Shown here piece after piece: positions 14,229 through 26,900 of a stretch of 64,000 nucleotides of DNA. The DNA comes from Trichodelitschia bisporula. Taxonomy: Eukaryota. The notes beneath the pieces were generated by a model. The model had not been told where the DNA came from. It saw only the letters and a list, made by a program, of their open reading frames with translations, and made no database searches. Each line of letters begins with the position of its first letter. The stretch's first letter is position 1. Where the stretch lies: the NCBI GenBank assembly GCA_010356995.1, contig ML996689.1:1444691-1508690 (forward strand). Direction: 5' to 3'. The position numbers and the translations under genes are program-made.

Positions 14229-14490
14229 TGCGGGTAGGACGGATGGGCGCGGGGTAGTTGCTTAATTGAGCTACGTTATTGCCTGGTTTGATTGCCAGGT
14301 TTGAGTTACGACTGCTTTTGTTTGCTGCGTTGCGCGGCGAGGCGAGGCTGGAGAAGGGCCGACGTCGGACGTGTGGCCGATATCGGACCCTTAATGTCTA
14401 GCAAGGCTACCGCATATATATACGCGTTGTAAGCAGCGATCACAGCCTTCAGCAAGCAAACGCAGCACCTCTACATCATCCCACAATAAA

Positions 14491-15409
14491 ATGGCCTCTG
14501 AACAACCATCGAAGGACCACTGGTCGCCGCAGGTAAGCCCCATGCACGCTCAGTGCCCCGCTCCGACGCGAGAAACCGCATATGCTTATCCTATATTCAT
14601 CTACATAGGCATACACCGCCGCCGCGTCCTTCGTCCCCCAACTCACGACCACGGTGGTCAAATACCTCGACCCAAAACCCGGCGACACAATCCTCGACCT
14701 CGGCTGCGGCGACGGCGTACTCACCTCCCAACTCGCCACAGCAGTCGCTCCCGAGGGTCGGGTCTTCGGCGTCGACGCCTCGGAATCCATGATCAGCGGC
14801 GCGGCCTCCAAATACGCGACCTCCAACCTCTCCTTCCAGCAGCAGGACGTCACGGCATTCTCCCCCTCAGCGCGCGAGCAGCTGCTCGATGGGTCATGGG
14901 ATAAAGTCTTCTCCAACGCCGCCCTGCACTGGATCCTGCGCAAGCGGGAAACACGCACCGATGTCGTGCGCGCGGCGTACGAGGCTCTAAAGCCGGGTGG
15001 CGTCTTTGTGTTCGAGTTAGGCGGGCATGGGAACGTGGCGGATGTGCGTGTTGGACTTACGGCTGCGCTCGTGATGCAGGGTGTGTCTGTTGAGGAAGCG
15101 CGGGAGGTGAGTCCGTGGTTTTTTCCGAGCGAGGAGGGGATGCGGGGGTTGCTTGAGGGGGTGGGGTTCGCTATTGAGAGGCTTGAGTTAGAGTACAGGC
15201 CGACGCGGATGACGGAGAAGGAGGATGGGGGCACGGGGCTTGAGGGGTGGGTTCGGCTTATGGCGGCGGTGTATGTGGAGCGTGCGCGCGAGAAGGAGAG
15301 GTATGTAAGGGATGTGCTGGCGTTGATGGAGGAGGTTGTTACGAGGGAGGGGGATGGGAGTCAGTGGCTGGGGTATGTGAGGCTGAGGGGGGTTGCGCGG
15401 AAGGCTTGA
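14491..15409 (+). CDS. Class I SAM-dependent methyltransferase; intron 14533-14608
   Basis: ILDLGCGDG motif I, GVDASESM, DKVFSNAALHW, LKPGGVFVFE. Confidence 0.9.
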
Positions 15410-16785
15410 TGTGGCGGCGCGGGCAGGGGTATGTTGTCTTGTTCTTCTGCCGGGATATGGGCTTCTTCATAGCCTTGTTAATGGGGTTGTTATATGGGCT
15501 TCGTAACGCGTTGTTTGTTTCTAATGAATGGGTGCCGGTCGCGGCTCGCTTCTTCTGCGCACTGTGAGCCGTGTTGTAGATGATACGTGGATGTCTGCGC
15601 CCAGTGCTGCTCGACAACGAGCGCGCAGTACCTTATCCGAGAATCTTCGCGAGAAAAGGCAGCGGTGTGGCGGTAGAACTGTAGAATGACACAGGTGGCC
15701 GTTCAGCTGCATCCGTTACTCCGGACATAGTTGCAGGAAAGCAAGTTACGATACTACATAGAAGCGAGAAAAGCGGGGTAATCATTAGACTCGCTAGAGT
15801 CGATAAGTAAGGTTACCGCTATCACCGCCTCGCTCTCTCTCTCCCACACGGAAAGTTTCTGGTAGTTCGGGGGTTTGGATGGCGCCGGTGCAACCAGCGG
15901 CGATCGGTTTCTGGTGTGTTGGGGTGTCGAGTGAAAATTGCCCTCGGTCTGCTCGGCCTTGTCACTTGTACTTCGCATGGCGGGATGCGCAATTAGCTGC
16001 AGCTCACCTTGCTGCGTGTGCGGCGCCGTGGCCGCGGGGGCGGGGTTCGGGTTGGCGGGCAGACGCGGGATATCCTGTTGGATGGGGAACTCTGGGGGAG
16101 GGGGGTGATAGGAGGGGATTCTCTACAGGTTCGGCAATGACATGCCCTGCAGAGTTGGCGTGGTTGTTGCAGTTGAGGGGCAAGAGAGAGGACGGGAGGA
16201 CCTGTCAAACGGACCGCTGGGATGGAAGGGTTGTGGGTTTGACATTGGTTTTGTGTTCTCGAGTTTGTGGCTTTCGGCTTTTAGCTTTTGGTTGAAGATC
16301 TTGGTTCTCTGTTATTCCTCCGCTTCCTTTCAGAGTCAGATGAGGGGAAAAGGCGACTTTTCTCTGTGTGGGATGGGAGGAACGGGTATCCTGCGAGAGG
16401 GTGGACAGTTTGACTGGTGAGGAAGTTTTGGCCCTGCGGACAGGAACATGGTTCCTGGGAGCGGATCAGGCCTCGCCGCTGCAACTCTGCGAGTCCAACT
16501 GCTCGTAACTGGTTCTCGCTTTGCCGGCAAAGAACCACGTTGGATGGCTGGGGAGGTGCTGGAGGATGAATGGGTGGGATGCTCATGCATCGCTGAGGCC
16601 GACGGGACTGGCCGATGATCGAAGCCTTGGAATCTTCCATTGCCGTGTCTTATGGGGGTTTGTAGTTCTAGTTGAGACGACTGCAGCGGGTTGTCACCAC
16701 TGCAGTACGAGTTATCGCTAAAGTACTGTGCATCTGAAGGAGTAAACGGGCGTATCAACCTAATTTACCGAGAACGCGCTCTCCA

Positions 16786-16851
<66 letters not shown>
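16786..16851. repeat. (CT)n microsatellite in the upstream region of the CreB-like gene
   Basis: About 32 TC units with one interruption. Confidence 0.97.
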
Positions 16852-16853
<2 letters not shown>

Positions 16854-17792
16854 CCGTATCTCTCTGGCTTTTTCAACTGCGCCGCTGACCATTCTGTCCT
16901 ACCCCATCCATTTACCCGTCTCGTATCCACCCCCCCCCCCCACCTCTCCACCTCCACCGGTCATCGCCATCATCACTCTACGGTAACCTCCCGCTTCTTC
17001 TTCCGCTCTACATCTCTCGATCGCATCACTTTCGCTCTTGATACCGTCTTTCCCCAGAACCCCCACGCGCGAAGACATTCCTGGGTAACGCCACTCACGA
17101 GGGTGGTATTCTTAGCTTCAACGACGCCTCTTAGGTCTTATCCTCACACCCCCTCCCACCTCAACCGCTCCCCAGGCCACTTCCTAAGCCTTCCTGGGCT
17201 CTCTGGGCTCTTAGTGCCTTTAGCACTGCTACCCGTAAACCGCCAAACCTCAACCATCTCACCCACAGCACGCACCTGTCTACCTCTCACTCCACTTCCA
17301 AAACTCTACAGCGTCGCTCTCCTATCCACCCGTCCTTTCCCACAGCTTCTTCCACAGCTTCAACCCCAGTCCTTCACCTACCAACCTTACCCCCTCCTGT
17401 CCACTGGTCCTCCATCAACTTCACCACAACACCCACCCTCGCGCTGTCCGCTCCCTCCCTGTTCCAACCTCCCCCGCGATCTCATCTACTCCACACCTTT
17501 GACGCCAACCCCACCTACAACAAACTCCGCCCCCATCGACGCATCTCCGCTCCGCCCCTCCCCAAGCGCCGTCCCTCATGCTGCCACCCACCCAGTCGTT
17601 CCTGGCCGGGCGTGCAGCGCCTTACAAGCGTCCTTGAAACCCCCACATTCCATCCCGCACATCACCTCCCACCTCTACTCCGACCTCACACTCGCGGACT
17701 AATCTCAAACTCCGAAGGCGAACTCGACCGAATCCTTCCACTCTCGGCACGCGCCGCGACCGACTTGCCGGCGGCCATCCGCCTCTCTCACA

Positions 17793-20566
17793 ATGGCCTC
17801 GCTCTTTAACCGTTTCAAGCCGACTGCGGTTCGTACCCGAGACTCTCCGACCCTTTTCATACGGCCAGGCTGATAAACCGTGCAGGGCGCTTCTGGACCA
17901 AATGCTGCCAATACTCCGGCGAAGAAGGATCCCAATGCGCCGCAGCCGACGCCTTTGGAGAGGCTGCTTGCCGATGCGGGACCCATCAGGCACGACGGGA
18001 GTGACAAGTTCTTCGGCTTCGAGAATGTGAGTTGTCCCTCTTGTCTCACTTGTGTTGGGGTGTTGCTAACGTCGAGGATTAGTTTGGAAGCACATGGTGA
18101 GTGGCGCATATGTCCGACAAGCGTGCTGGAACTGACTTTCGCAGCTATTGCAACTCGATAATACAATGTCTATATCACTCGGCACCTTTCCGCGAACAGG
18201 TCATCAACTTTCCCACGCGCTCGCCACCCGAGTCGCTACGACGAGATCACGTTCTGAACGCATATCCCTTACCCGATAACCACCACACACCACTCTCTCC
18301 CGTGAAGTCACGAGCAGGACTCACCAGTCCAAATCCCACCGCTTCCCCACGATCGAAACAACCACCCCCCTCATTGAATCCCAATGCGCCTGCGAAGCCA
18401 GAGGAAAACAAGGACTCCCCCGATTACAAGAAGAAGCTGGCGTTGACAACAGGCCCGATATTGAACATGGACTATGCCAATGCGCCAAGCTACGGCATGG
18501 AAGAGTCGCTCTTTTCCGGCATGAAGGACATCTTCGAGGCGATGATTGCCCACGACTCGCGCACCGGCGTCGTCAGTCCCAGCAAGTTCCTCGAAACATT
18601 GCGGCGAGAGAATGAGATGTTCCGGACGCCGATGCACCAGGATGCGCACGAGTTTCTGAACTTGGTTCTGAATCAGGTGGTTGAGAACGTGGAGCAGTTT
18701 AGCAAGTCGAAAGAGGAGGAGGGGCATGCGCCGCACAATGGGGTAGTGAGCAATGGGACTATGACTAACGGAATCGCGAAACCGCAGAGCTCCCGCTGGG
18801 TGCATGAGCTGTTCGAGGGGACGCTGACGTCGGAGACGCGCTGTCTAACGTGCGAGAACGTTTCGCAGCGCGACGAGGCCTTTTTGGACCTCTCAGTCGA
18901 CCTGGAGCAACACTCATCTGTAACGTCATGCCTGCGCAAGTTCTCCGAGGAGGAGATGCTGTGCGAGCGCAACAAGTTCCATTGCGACAAATGCGGTGGA
19001 CTGCAAGAGGCGGAGAAGCGTATGAAGATCAAGCGGCTACCCCGCATTCTCGCACTACATCTCAAGCGCTTCAAGTACACCGAGGACCTCCAGCGCCTAC
19101 AGAAGCTGTTCCATCGCGTCGTCTACCCCTACTACCTGCGCCTATTCAACACGACCGACGACGCCGAGGACCCGGACCGGTTGTACGAGCTGTATGCCGT
19201 GGTCGTGCACATCGGCGGTGGCCCGTACCACGGACACTACGTCAGCATCATCAAGACGCAGGATCGGGGGTGGGTGCTTTTTGACGACGAGATGGTCGAG
19301 CCTGTCGATAAGAGCTATGTGCGCAATTACTTCGGCGGCGAGCAGAACCTGGCCTGCGCCTATGTGCTCTTTTACCAGGAGACTACCCTTGAGGCCATGC
19401 AGCGCGAGCAGGAAGCCGAGGGCTTTGCTGCTGCGCCAGCGGCGGCAACGGCTACGGCAGATAAGGAGAAGGACAAGGACGCAAAGGGTGTGAACGGGAC
19501 TGTGCTCAATGGGCATGTCGTTCCGCCTACGCCGGCGGCTGACGAAGTTGACTTTGTGGGCCTGGATCACGTGGCTACGGCGCCGCCGGGCTTGGGTACT
19601 TCCGCACCGCCCACGCCGCAGACGCCTATGCCGCTGGTGTTCGAGACGCCGTTGCCGCCGTCTCCCGCACCTGTGGTTCCGGGATTGCAGTTTTTGAATA
19701 GGAAGAAGAGTACTGTTGTAGGGAAGGGGGAGAAGAGCGAGGAGAAGGACCGGCGGAAGGAGGCGGAGAAGGAGGAGAAGGAGCGAAAGAAGGAAGCTGA
19801 GCGCGAGGAGAAAGAGCGGCGTAAGGAGGCGGAGCGGGGTGAGAAGGAACGGAAGAAGGAGGCTGAGAGGGAAGAGAAGGAAAGGAAGAAGGAGGCTGAG
19901 CGTGAGGCTGAACGACGACGAGCCGGGAAGAGACGTAAGGACGATCCGTTGCCGCCGCTCCCGCCGTTGCCTGCGCTCCCACCGACGCCGGGCCCGGATA
20001 AGGGGGGCAGTTTGGGCGGATTCTCGGCCTCGGGCGGGTCGGGCAGTTCGAAGGACTCGGAGAGCAAGAGGGGCAGCAGCGCCGAGGACAAGCTCCGCGG
20101 CAAGGAGAACGGGTTTTTAGGCGGTGGACTGCAGCGCTTCCGGCAGACGAGCATGAGTCTGCGCGCGAAGCCCCGGTTCTGGGGCGGCAAGGATAAGGAA
20201 AACAAGGATAAAGAAAAGGGGAAGAGGGATAAGGAGAGGGAGCGCGAGGTCGAGAGGGAGAGGCGCGAGGCGGCGCATGTTGTCCGCCAGAATCACGTCC
20301 GGCCTAGTCATGACGAGACGCATGAGACGGATGCGGATGATGGGGGGGGGCTGGGGTTGACGTTTTTCAGCCCGCCGACGCCGACTAGTACGCCGAGTGA
20401 GGCGACGGAGGAGCATAGTTCTACGGAGAGTGGGACGACGGCGTTGCCCGTTGCGCCGAAGGGGATGCATCGTGCTATGTCCGCGGCGGGGGGGGAGAAG
20501 GGGGGAAAGTTGAGGACGAGGTTTAGTCTTAGTCGGAAGAAGAGCGTCATGGGGATTGGGTTTTAG
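17793..20566 (+). CDS. creB: Ubiquitin-specific protease (CreB / Ubp9-13 / USP12-46 family); 3 introns, 14-nt microexon 18083-18096
   Basis: Cys box FFGFENFGSTCYCNS assembled across the microexon, HQDAHEFL, His box [16 protein letters not shown]; long low-complexity tail. Confidence 0.9.
19739..19903 (+). repeat. Five tandem 33-nt coding repeats ([11 protein letters not shown] consensus) in the CreB tail
   Basis: [11 protein letters not shown] / [11 protein letters not shown] / [11 protein letters not shown] / [11 protein letters not shown] / [11 protein letters not shown]. Confidence 0.85.
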
Positions 20567-21235
20567 GGGGCTTGGGGGTGGTTGTGGGGGGTTGTATATG
20601 GCTTTCTTTTGGGATGGAGAAGGCGTTTGATATCCTGGGCTGCTGTTGGGATTTCTCTGGGTTGTGCTTGGGGAGGCTGCGGCGGTGGTCTCTTTCTGGG
20701 CTATTCGCTGTTTGTTGGCTTGTTTACTTGAAAACTAAAAAAGGTGGTGGCGTGTCTTGATAGTGAAGATGGGGGGAGGCGGGGGTTTGGTCTGGTCTGG
20801 ATGGGACATATATGGGGTTGGGGCTGGCTGGCTGGCTGGTGGGCGGTTTGCATGTTTGCGTGGTTCTTGCATGTTTGGGGGGCGGGTTTGGGGGCCCCGA
20901 GCTTGGACCGGGCTCTCTGCGTATGTAACATTATGGCTTTGGTCTACTCCGTGGTGCTGCCAGTTGTTGAATCATGGGGGTATTGGTTGGGCACGGAGGG
21001 CATGGCGAGAGGGTAGACGGTGGTAACTGTGTACATTGCGCATATAGCACCGCCGTTGCGGTCCTCCGCTTCGCGGCGGATAGAAAAGCTAGCTATTCCC
21101 ACTCTCTGGGGGTTTGATATGCGTGACCGTGACCTGTGCGCCGCAGCCGGGCGGTTGTCAACTTTCTGCTCTTCTGCTTCATCCCCACAAGCCGCCTCCG
21201 TTCGTTATTTCATCTCGTTCCTTGCCTTGCCGTCT

Positions 21236-21644
21236 TCACCCCAAAATGAGGAGATACAATATGAGCAACGAATTAACAAATATCAGCGGAACTGTCGGTC
21301 CTCGCGTCAGCTCCCGTTCTAGTCATCGTCCTTGGGGGAAGGGGGGGTATACGCACTCCGCATAAGCGTCCGCACACTCGCGATGAGATTCACAAGCCGC
21401 GCCTTGACGCTCGTGGTATCAGGCGCACCGCCGAACCCCGGGTCTGCGGCCGCGCTGGTGCCCCACCCGATGCGCGCGAGGAAACGGTCTTCGGATAGGA
21501 CGGCGATGGCGTTGACGAGGAGGATTGAGGCTGGGGGGAGGGGGTTAGCTTGTGGGTTTGATTTGGGGGAGGGGGGTGGGGATGGGGGGAGGACGTGCCG
21601 TAGAATATGTTGCCGAAGCCGAAGCTGGGGAGGAAGAGCGCCAT
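21236..21644 (-). CDS. YOS1: Yos1-like ER-Golgi transport protein (IER3IP1 family); intron 1 21598-21531 is GC-AG
   Basis: Spliced: MALFLPSFGFGNIFYASILLVNAIAVLSEDRFLARIGW...SVKARLVNLIASVRTLMRIPLIFVNSLLILYLLILG*. Confidence 0.92.
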
Positions 21645-21927
21645 TGCTTGCTGTGTACGCGGGGGTTTGTGGTGGGCGAGGGGGTGAGGCGGAGGTGATC
21701 GTGAGCGCGTTGGTGGTGCTCGAGCTACATTAGATGTGGCCGTTGCGGCTCCGTGCCCCCATCCCTATGCGCGCAAGCCACAAGGCCAAGTTTACGTTGC
21801 CGGGCCGGAGAATTGTTGGTCCGGGGGGTGGAGCGACCCCGGTCCTGGTCGCACGTCCGCGGCGGGTGCGGGAGACGGAGACGGAGGGTGAAGACGCTTT
21901 TTCGTACAGCATACGCACGGCTTGATT

Positions 21928-22941
21928 ATGGTATGGCCGTTTGGGCGCGGAAACGGCGCCGATGACGACAGCAATGACAACCGCGCGCCTCCCTCCCCTC
22001 CCTCCTCCCCGCGCAAACCCATCCGCTGGGACGACAGCCTCAACAAAACCGACTGGACGCACTACACGCAGCCCTCAGTGGTCATCCCGACTGTGCTCCT
22101 GACGGCCACAACACTGACGCTGATCCACGTGTACAAGCGCTTCCTACGAAGAATCCCGAGCAGCGATTACATCCGCCCCGCGCTGTTCAGGAAGAGCAGT
22201 GTCTTCGGCCAGGTTACGAGTGTGGGGGATGGGGATAATTTTCGGCTTTTTCATACGCCTGGGGGAAGGCTTGCGGGATGGGGGTGGTTGTGGTGGAAGA
22301 GGGTACCGGCGAAGAGGGAGGAACTGAAGGGGAAGACGGTGAGTTGATGGGATAGGGATGTGGGGGTGGGGGTGGGCTGCTGATGGTTTGTGTAGCTGCA
22401 TATCCGCCTCGCGGGCATCGACGCGCCTGAACTCGCCCACTTTGGCCGGCCAGTGCAACCCTTCGCCGAAGACGCCCTCGCCTTTTTAACCGAGTATATC
22501 GGCGGCCGGCGCGTGCGCGCGTACATCTACCGGCGCGACCAGTACGAGCGTGTCGTTGCGACCGTCCTCGTGCGGCGGGGCCTGTGGCGGAGGGATGTGG
22601 GACTTGAGATGCTGAAGAGGGGGCTGGCGACTGTGTATGAGGCCAAGTATGGGAGCGAGTTTGGGGGGTTTGAGAGGAAGTATCGGGCGGCCCAGGATAA
22701 GGCGAGAAGGGCGGGGGTGGGCATGTGGGCGGCGGAGAGGGGGGGTTGGTTTGGGTTTGGGAAGGGCCCTGGGTTGGAGACCCCGAGGGAGTATAAGGTT
22801 AGGATGGGGCGGGTGGAGGCTGCGGGTGGTGAGAAGGCGGAGGTGGTGGTGGAGAAGAAGGCTGCTGGATCTAGTACTGCTGCTAAAAGCGTTGCGGGGC
22901 AGAGCAAGGCTGCGGATAGGAGAGGAGCAAAGAAAGCCTGA
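21928..22941 (+). CDS. LCL3: Staphylococcal-nuclease-family endonuclease Lcl3; intron 22339-22395
   Basis: TM segment, [57 protein letters not shown]. Confidence 0.92.
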
Positions 22942-23636
22942 AAAGGAATGCAATGCTCCTTCTCGACGTGGATGCTGTGATGTTCGAATTGCCCAGTCAC
23001 GCGAGGAGCATTTCTCAGCCTCTTGTGCCGTTAGAGCCTCGCGCCCGCCTAGCGCTCTTGAGCCAGCATTGAGATCTTGGGGCTTTTGCTTGCAAGGGCC
23101 GGGGAGGAGGGGTATTTTTGCGTGTCACGAGCAAGACAAGATGCACTGCCAATGCATTGCCGTTTGACATGGGGATTGCAGTCGCTGCTTTGGAAGTGTG
23201 AGGAGAAGAGCTTCCTCGTACTCTGGAAGGCCAATTGAGGGAGGGGGATCGGCTCCCCACTGCAAAGAAGAGAAGCGCCGTACTCCGTAGACCCCGTTGA
23301 CCCTTAGGGAATTCTTTGCACACTCCCGCTCGCCCCGCTCGCCCCCGCTTACCTCTTCTTTCCCTCAGTCCCTGGCGCTTTTCTCATCATCCGCAATTGC
23401 GTCAGAGGTTGAATCTTTGGTGGGCGGCAGAAAAGAAAGAAAAAAAAACCGATGCTGTCGGCTGCCCTCGCCAATCTTGCCCACTTGCCGCCTATCGGGC
23501 CCGCTAGCGAACTTTTTTTGTGTGTGTGCGGTCTGGGGTCCGAGCACCGGAGGAAGCAAGAGGCTTCTGACGCTTGTTGCTGGGGACCGGTTGGCGGGGT
23601 GCGTTAAAATACAATCTTCAACTTTTCTTCCGCAAT

Positions 23637-23643
23637 TGACTCA
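23637..23643 (+). promoter_or_regulatory. Gcn4/CpcA (cross-pathway control) site TGACTCA upstream of the CPS large subunit gene
   Basis: Perfect TGACTCA about 325 nt before the ATG of an arginine-biosynthesis gene. Confidence 0.7.
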
Positions 23644-23966
23644 CCTCCCCCGCCCGAAGATCCTTTTCTACCACGAGAGGGCCCAATTCTTTTCTTCCTC
23701 TCTCCTCCACTCTTCTCTCCACCTGCTCTCACTCCTCCTTCTCTTGTCACCATCCCTCCCCTCCCTCCCTCGCTCACTTCGTCATCGCGCCTCTTATCGC
23801 GGTGCACTCACCCCGCCTCTCAAATTTGCCGAGATCGACAAAAGCCTCAAGAAAGCTCGAGACACGGCAAACAACCGCCCTCTCCCCGCCCTCAGTCCGG
23901 CCTTACCGCCTTCCTAGAGCCCTCCGAGGCTCCCACCAACTCCCCCATCGCGACATCCCCCAAACC

Positions 23967-26900
23967 ATGGCGTCGAGCGCGACCCTCTCCCGTCTCGCGA
24001 CCCGCACGCCGCTGCTCCGCTCCGGCGGCCGCCAAACACTGCTCAGCCAGCGCGGCCTCGCGGCGGCAAACGTCGGCGCAGCCCGCTCCTTTGTGAGCCC
24101 GGCCGGTGCGCGCGCGGCCCAGTTCCTGGCTGCAAATAAGCGGGTGTATCGCCAGACTCGCGGTTTTACGGCTGTGGCCAGCAAGCGCGTTGAGAGTCAG
24201 GAGGCGCCTAATTCGCAGGCGTATTTGAATAGTGGTGCTATTGCGGGTGCAAGGGATCTGGTGGATGTCAAGAAAGTGCTGGTTATTGGCAGTGGTGGGC
24301 TGGCTATTGGACAGGCGGGCGAGTTTGATTACTCTGGTGAGTGAGGGATGGCATATTTGGCGCCCTCTTAGGGACTGCTTTCGTAACGTGCATTGGCTAA
24401 TGACGGGACAGGGTCTCAGGCTTTGAAGGCGTTGAGGGAGGCGGGCGTCAAGTCGGTGTTGATCAACCCCAATATTGCGACTATCCAGACCTCGCACGTG
24501 TTGGCCGATGAGATCTATTACCTTCCCGTTACGCCGGAATACGTTACTCACGTCATTGAGCGCGAGCGGCCTGATGGCATCTTCCTCAGCTTCGGTGGCC
24601 AGACGGCGCTGAATCTCGGTGTCCGCATGCAAAAGATGGGTATCTTCGAGCGCTACGGCGTCAAGGTCCTCGGGACTAGCGTTCGCACGCTGGAGGTCAG
24701 CGAGGATCGCGATCTCTTCGCTCAGGCTCTCAAAGAAATCAACATCCCGATCGCCGAGTCCATCGCCGTTTCCACCATCGAAGATGCCCTTGACGCGGCC
24801 GAGAAGGTCGGCTACCCGATCATCGTGCGTGCCGCCTATGCTCTTGGTGGTCTGGGCTCCGGTTTCGCGAACAACCCCGACGAATTGCGGGATCTGTCCG
24901 CGCGCTCTTTGACCCTGTCGCCCCAGATCCTGGTCGAGAAGTCGCTCAAGGGCTGGAAGGAGGCCGAGTACGAGGTCGTTCGGGACAGCGCCGATAACTG
25001 CATCACCGTGTGTAACATGGAGAACTTCGACCCACTTGGTGTCCACACCGGCGACAGCATTGTCGTCTCGCCCAGCCAGACGTTCAGCGACGAGGAGTAC
25101 CATATGCTGCGGTCCGCCTCGATCAAGATCGTCCGCCACCTGGGCGTCGTTGGCGAGTGCAACGTTCAGTATGCGCTGCAGCCTGATGGCTTGGATTACC
25201 GCGTTATCGAAGTTAATGCTCGTCTCTCGCGATCTTCGGCGCTTGCCTCCAAGGCTACTGGTTATCCCCTGGCGTACACGGCTGCCAAAATCGGCCTCGG
25301 TCACACGCTCCCGGAGCTCCCGAACGCGGTCACCAAGACCACGACGGCCAACTTCGAGCCTAGCTTGGACTACATTGTCACGAAGATGCCGCGGTGGGAT
25401 CTGAGCAAGTTCCAGAACGTCAAGCGCGATATTGGCAGCTCGATGAAGTCGGTCGGCGAGGTCATGGGCATCGGGCGCACGTTTGAGGAATCGTTCCAGA
25501 AGGCGTGTCGTATGGTTGATCCCCAGTTTCTGGGCTTCCAGGGCGTGGCGTTTGAGGACCTTGACGATGCGCTTGCGAACCCGACGGATCGTCGGTGGTT
25601 GGCTGTGGGTCAGGCTATGTTCCATGAGGGCTACTCGGTGGATCGGATTCACGAGCTTACGAAGATTGATAAGTGGTTCTTGCACAAGTTGCAGAATATT
25701 GTCGATACTACGCATGAGCTTGAGGCGATTGGCAGCCTCTTTGGCCTGAAGCAGGAGCTCCTGCTCAAGGCGAAGAAGCAGGGTTTCTCGGATCGGCAAA
25801 TCGCGAAGGCTGTGGGCAGTTCCGAGGAGGAAGTTCGTGCCCGTCGCAAGGGCTTTGGCATTAAGCCCTGGGTCAAGAAGATCGACACGCTCGCGGCTGA
25901 GTTCCCGGCTGACACCAACTACCTGTACACGACGTACAACGCCTCGTCCCACGACGTGACCTTCGACGACCACGGCATTCTCGTCCTCGGCAGCGGCGTG
26001 TACCGCATCGGCAGCAGCGTCGAGTTCGATTGGTGTGCCGTCAACGCCACCCTCTCGCTGAACAAGATGGGCAAGAAGACGGTCATGATCAACTATAACC
26101 CCGAGACCTACTCCACCGACTTCGACGTCGCCGACAAGCTCTACTTTGAGGAGTTGTCTTACGAGCGCGTCATGGATATCTACGAGCTCGAGTCCGCGCA
26201 GGGCGTCGTCGTCAGCGTCGGCGGCCAACTGCCCCAGAACATCGCGCTTAAGCTGCAGGAAGTGGGCAAGGCGAAGGTGCTCGGCACGGATCCCAAGGAC
26301 ATCGACCGCGCGGAGGACAGGCACAAGTTCAGCCAGATCCTGGACGATATCGGCGTCGACCAGCCCGCGTGGAAGGAACTCACCTCCGTCAAGGAGGCCG
26401 AGGACTTTGCCGACTCCGTTGGCTACCCCGTCCTTGTCCGGCCTAGCTACGTGCTCTCCGGCGCCGCCATGACGGTCATCCACAACCGCGCGGACCTGGA
26501 GGAGAAACTCACCGCCGCGTCGGACGTCTCGCCTGACCACCCGGTTGTTATCACGCAGTACATCGAGGGCGCGCAGGAAATTGATGTCGATGCCGTGGGG
26601 CACAATGGCAATCTGCTCGTCCACGCCGTGAGCGAGCACATCGAGAACGCAGGCGTGCATTCGGGGGACGCGTCTCTCGTCCTGCCGCCGCATACGCTCG
26701 ACCAGACCACGCTCGACCGCTGCAAGGTCATCGCGCAGAAAGTGGCCAAGGCGTGGAACATCACCGGCCCGTTCAACATGCAAGTCATCAAGGCCGCGGG
26801 CGCAGATGGCGCCGAACCCGCGCTCAAAGTCATCGAATGCAATCTGCGCGCCTCCCGCTCATTCCCCTTCTCCTCCAAAGTGCTCGGCACGAACTTCATC

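Noticed and set aside
6530..15409. MFS + P450 + methyltransferase as a secondary-metabolite cluster
   Set aside because: No PKS, NRPS or terpene synthase; interrupted and flanked by housekeeping genes
17103..17702. 199-aa GTG-initiated ORF in frame with and upstream of creB
   Set aside because: C-rich leader that naturally lacks stops; no ATG; ends in TAA before the real start
23300..23966. Arginine attenuator peptide uORF
   Set aside because: AAP belongs to the CPS small-subunit gene, and no matching uORF is seen here
23892..26783. 963-aa minus-strand ORF
   Set aside because: Antisense shadow of CPA2 caused by codon bias; no recognisable domain
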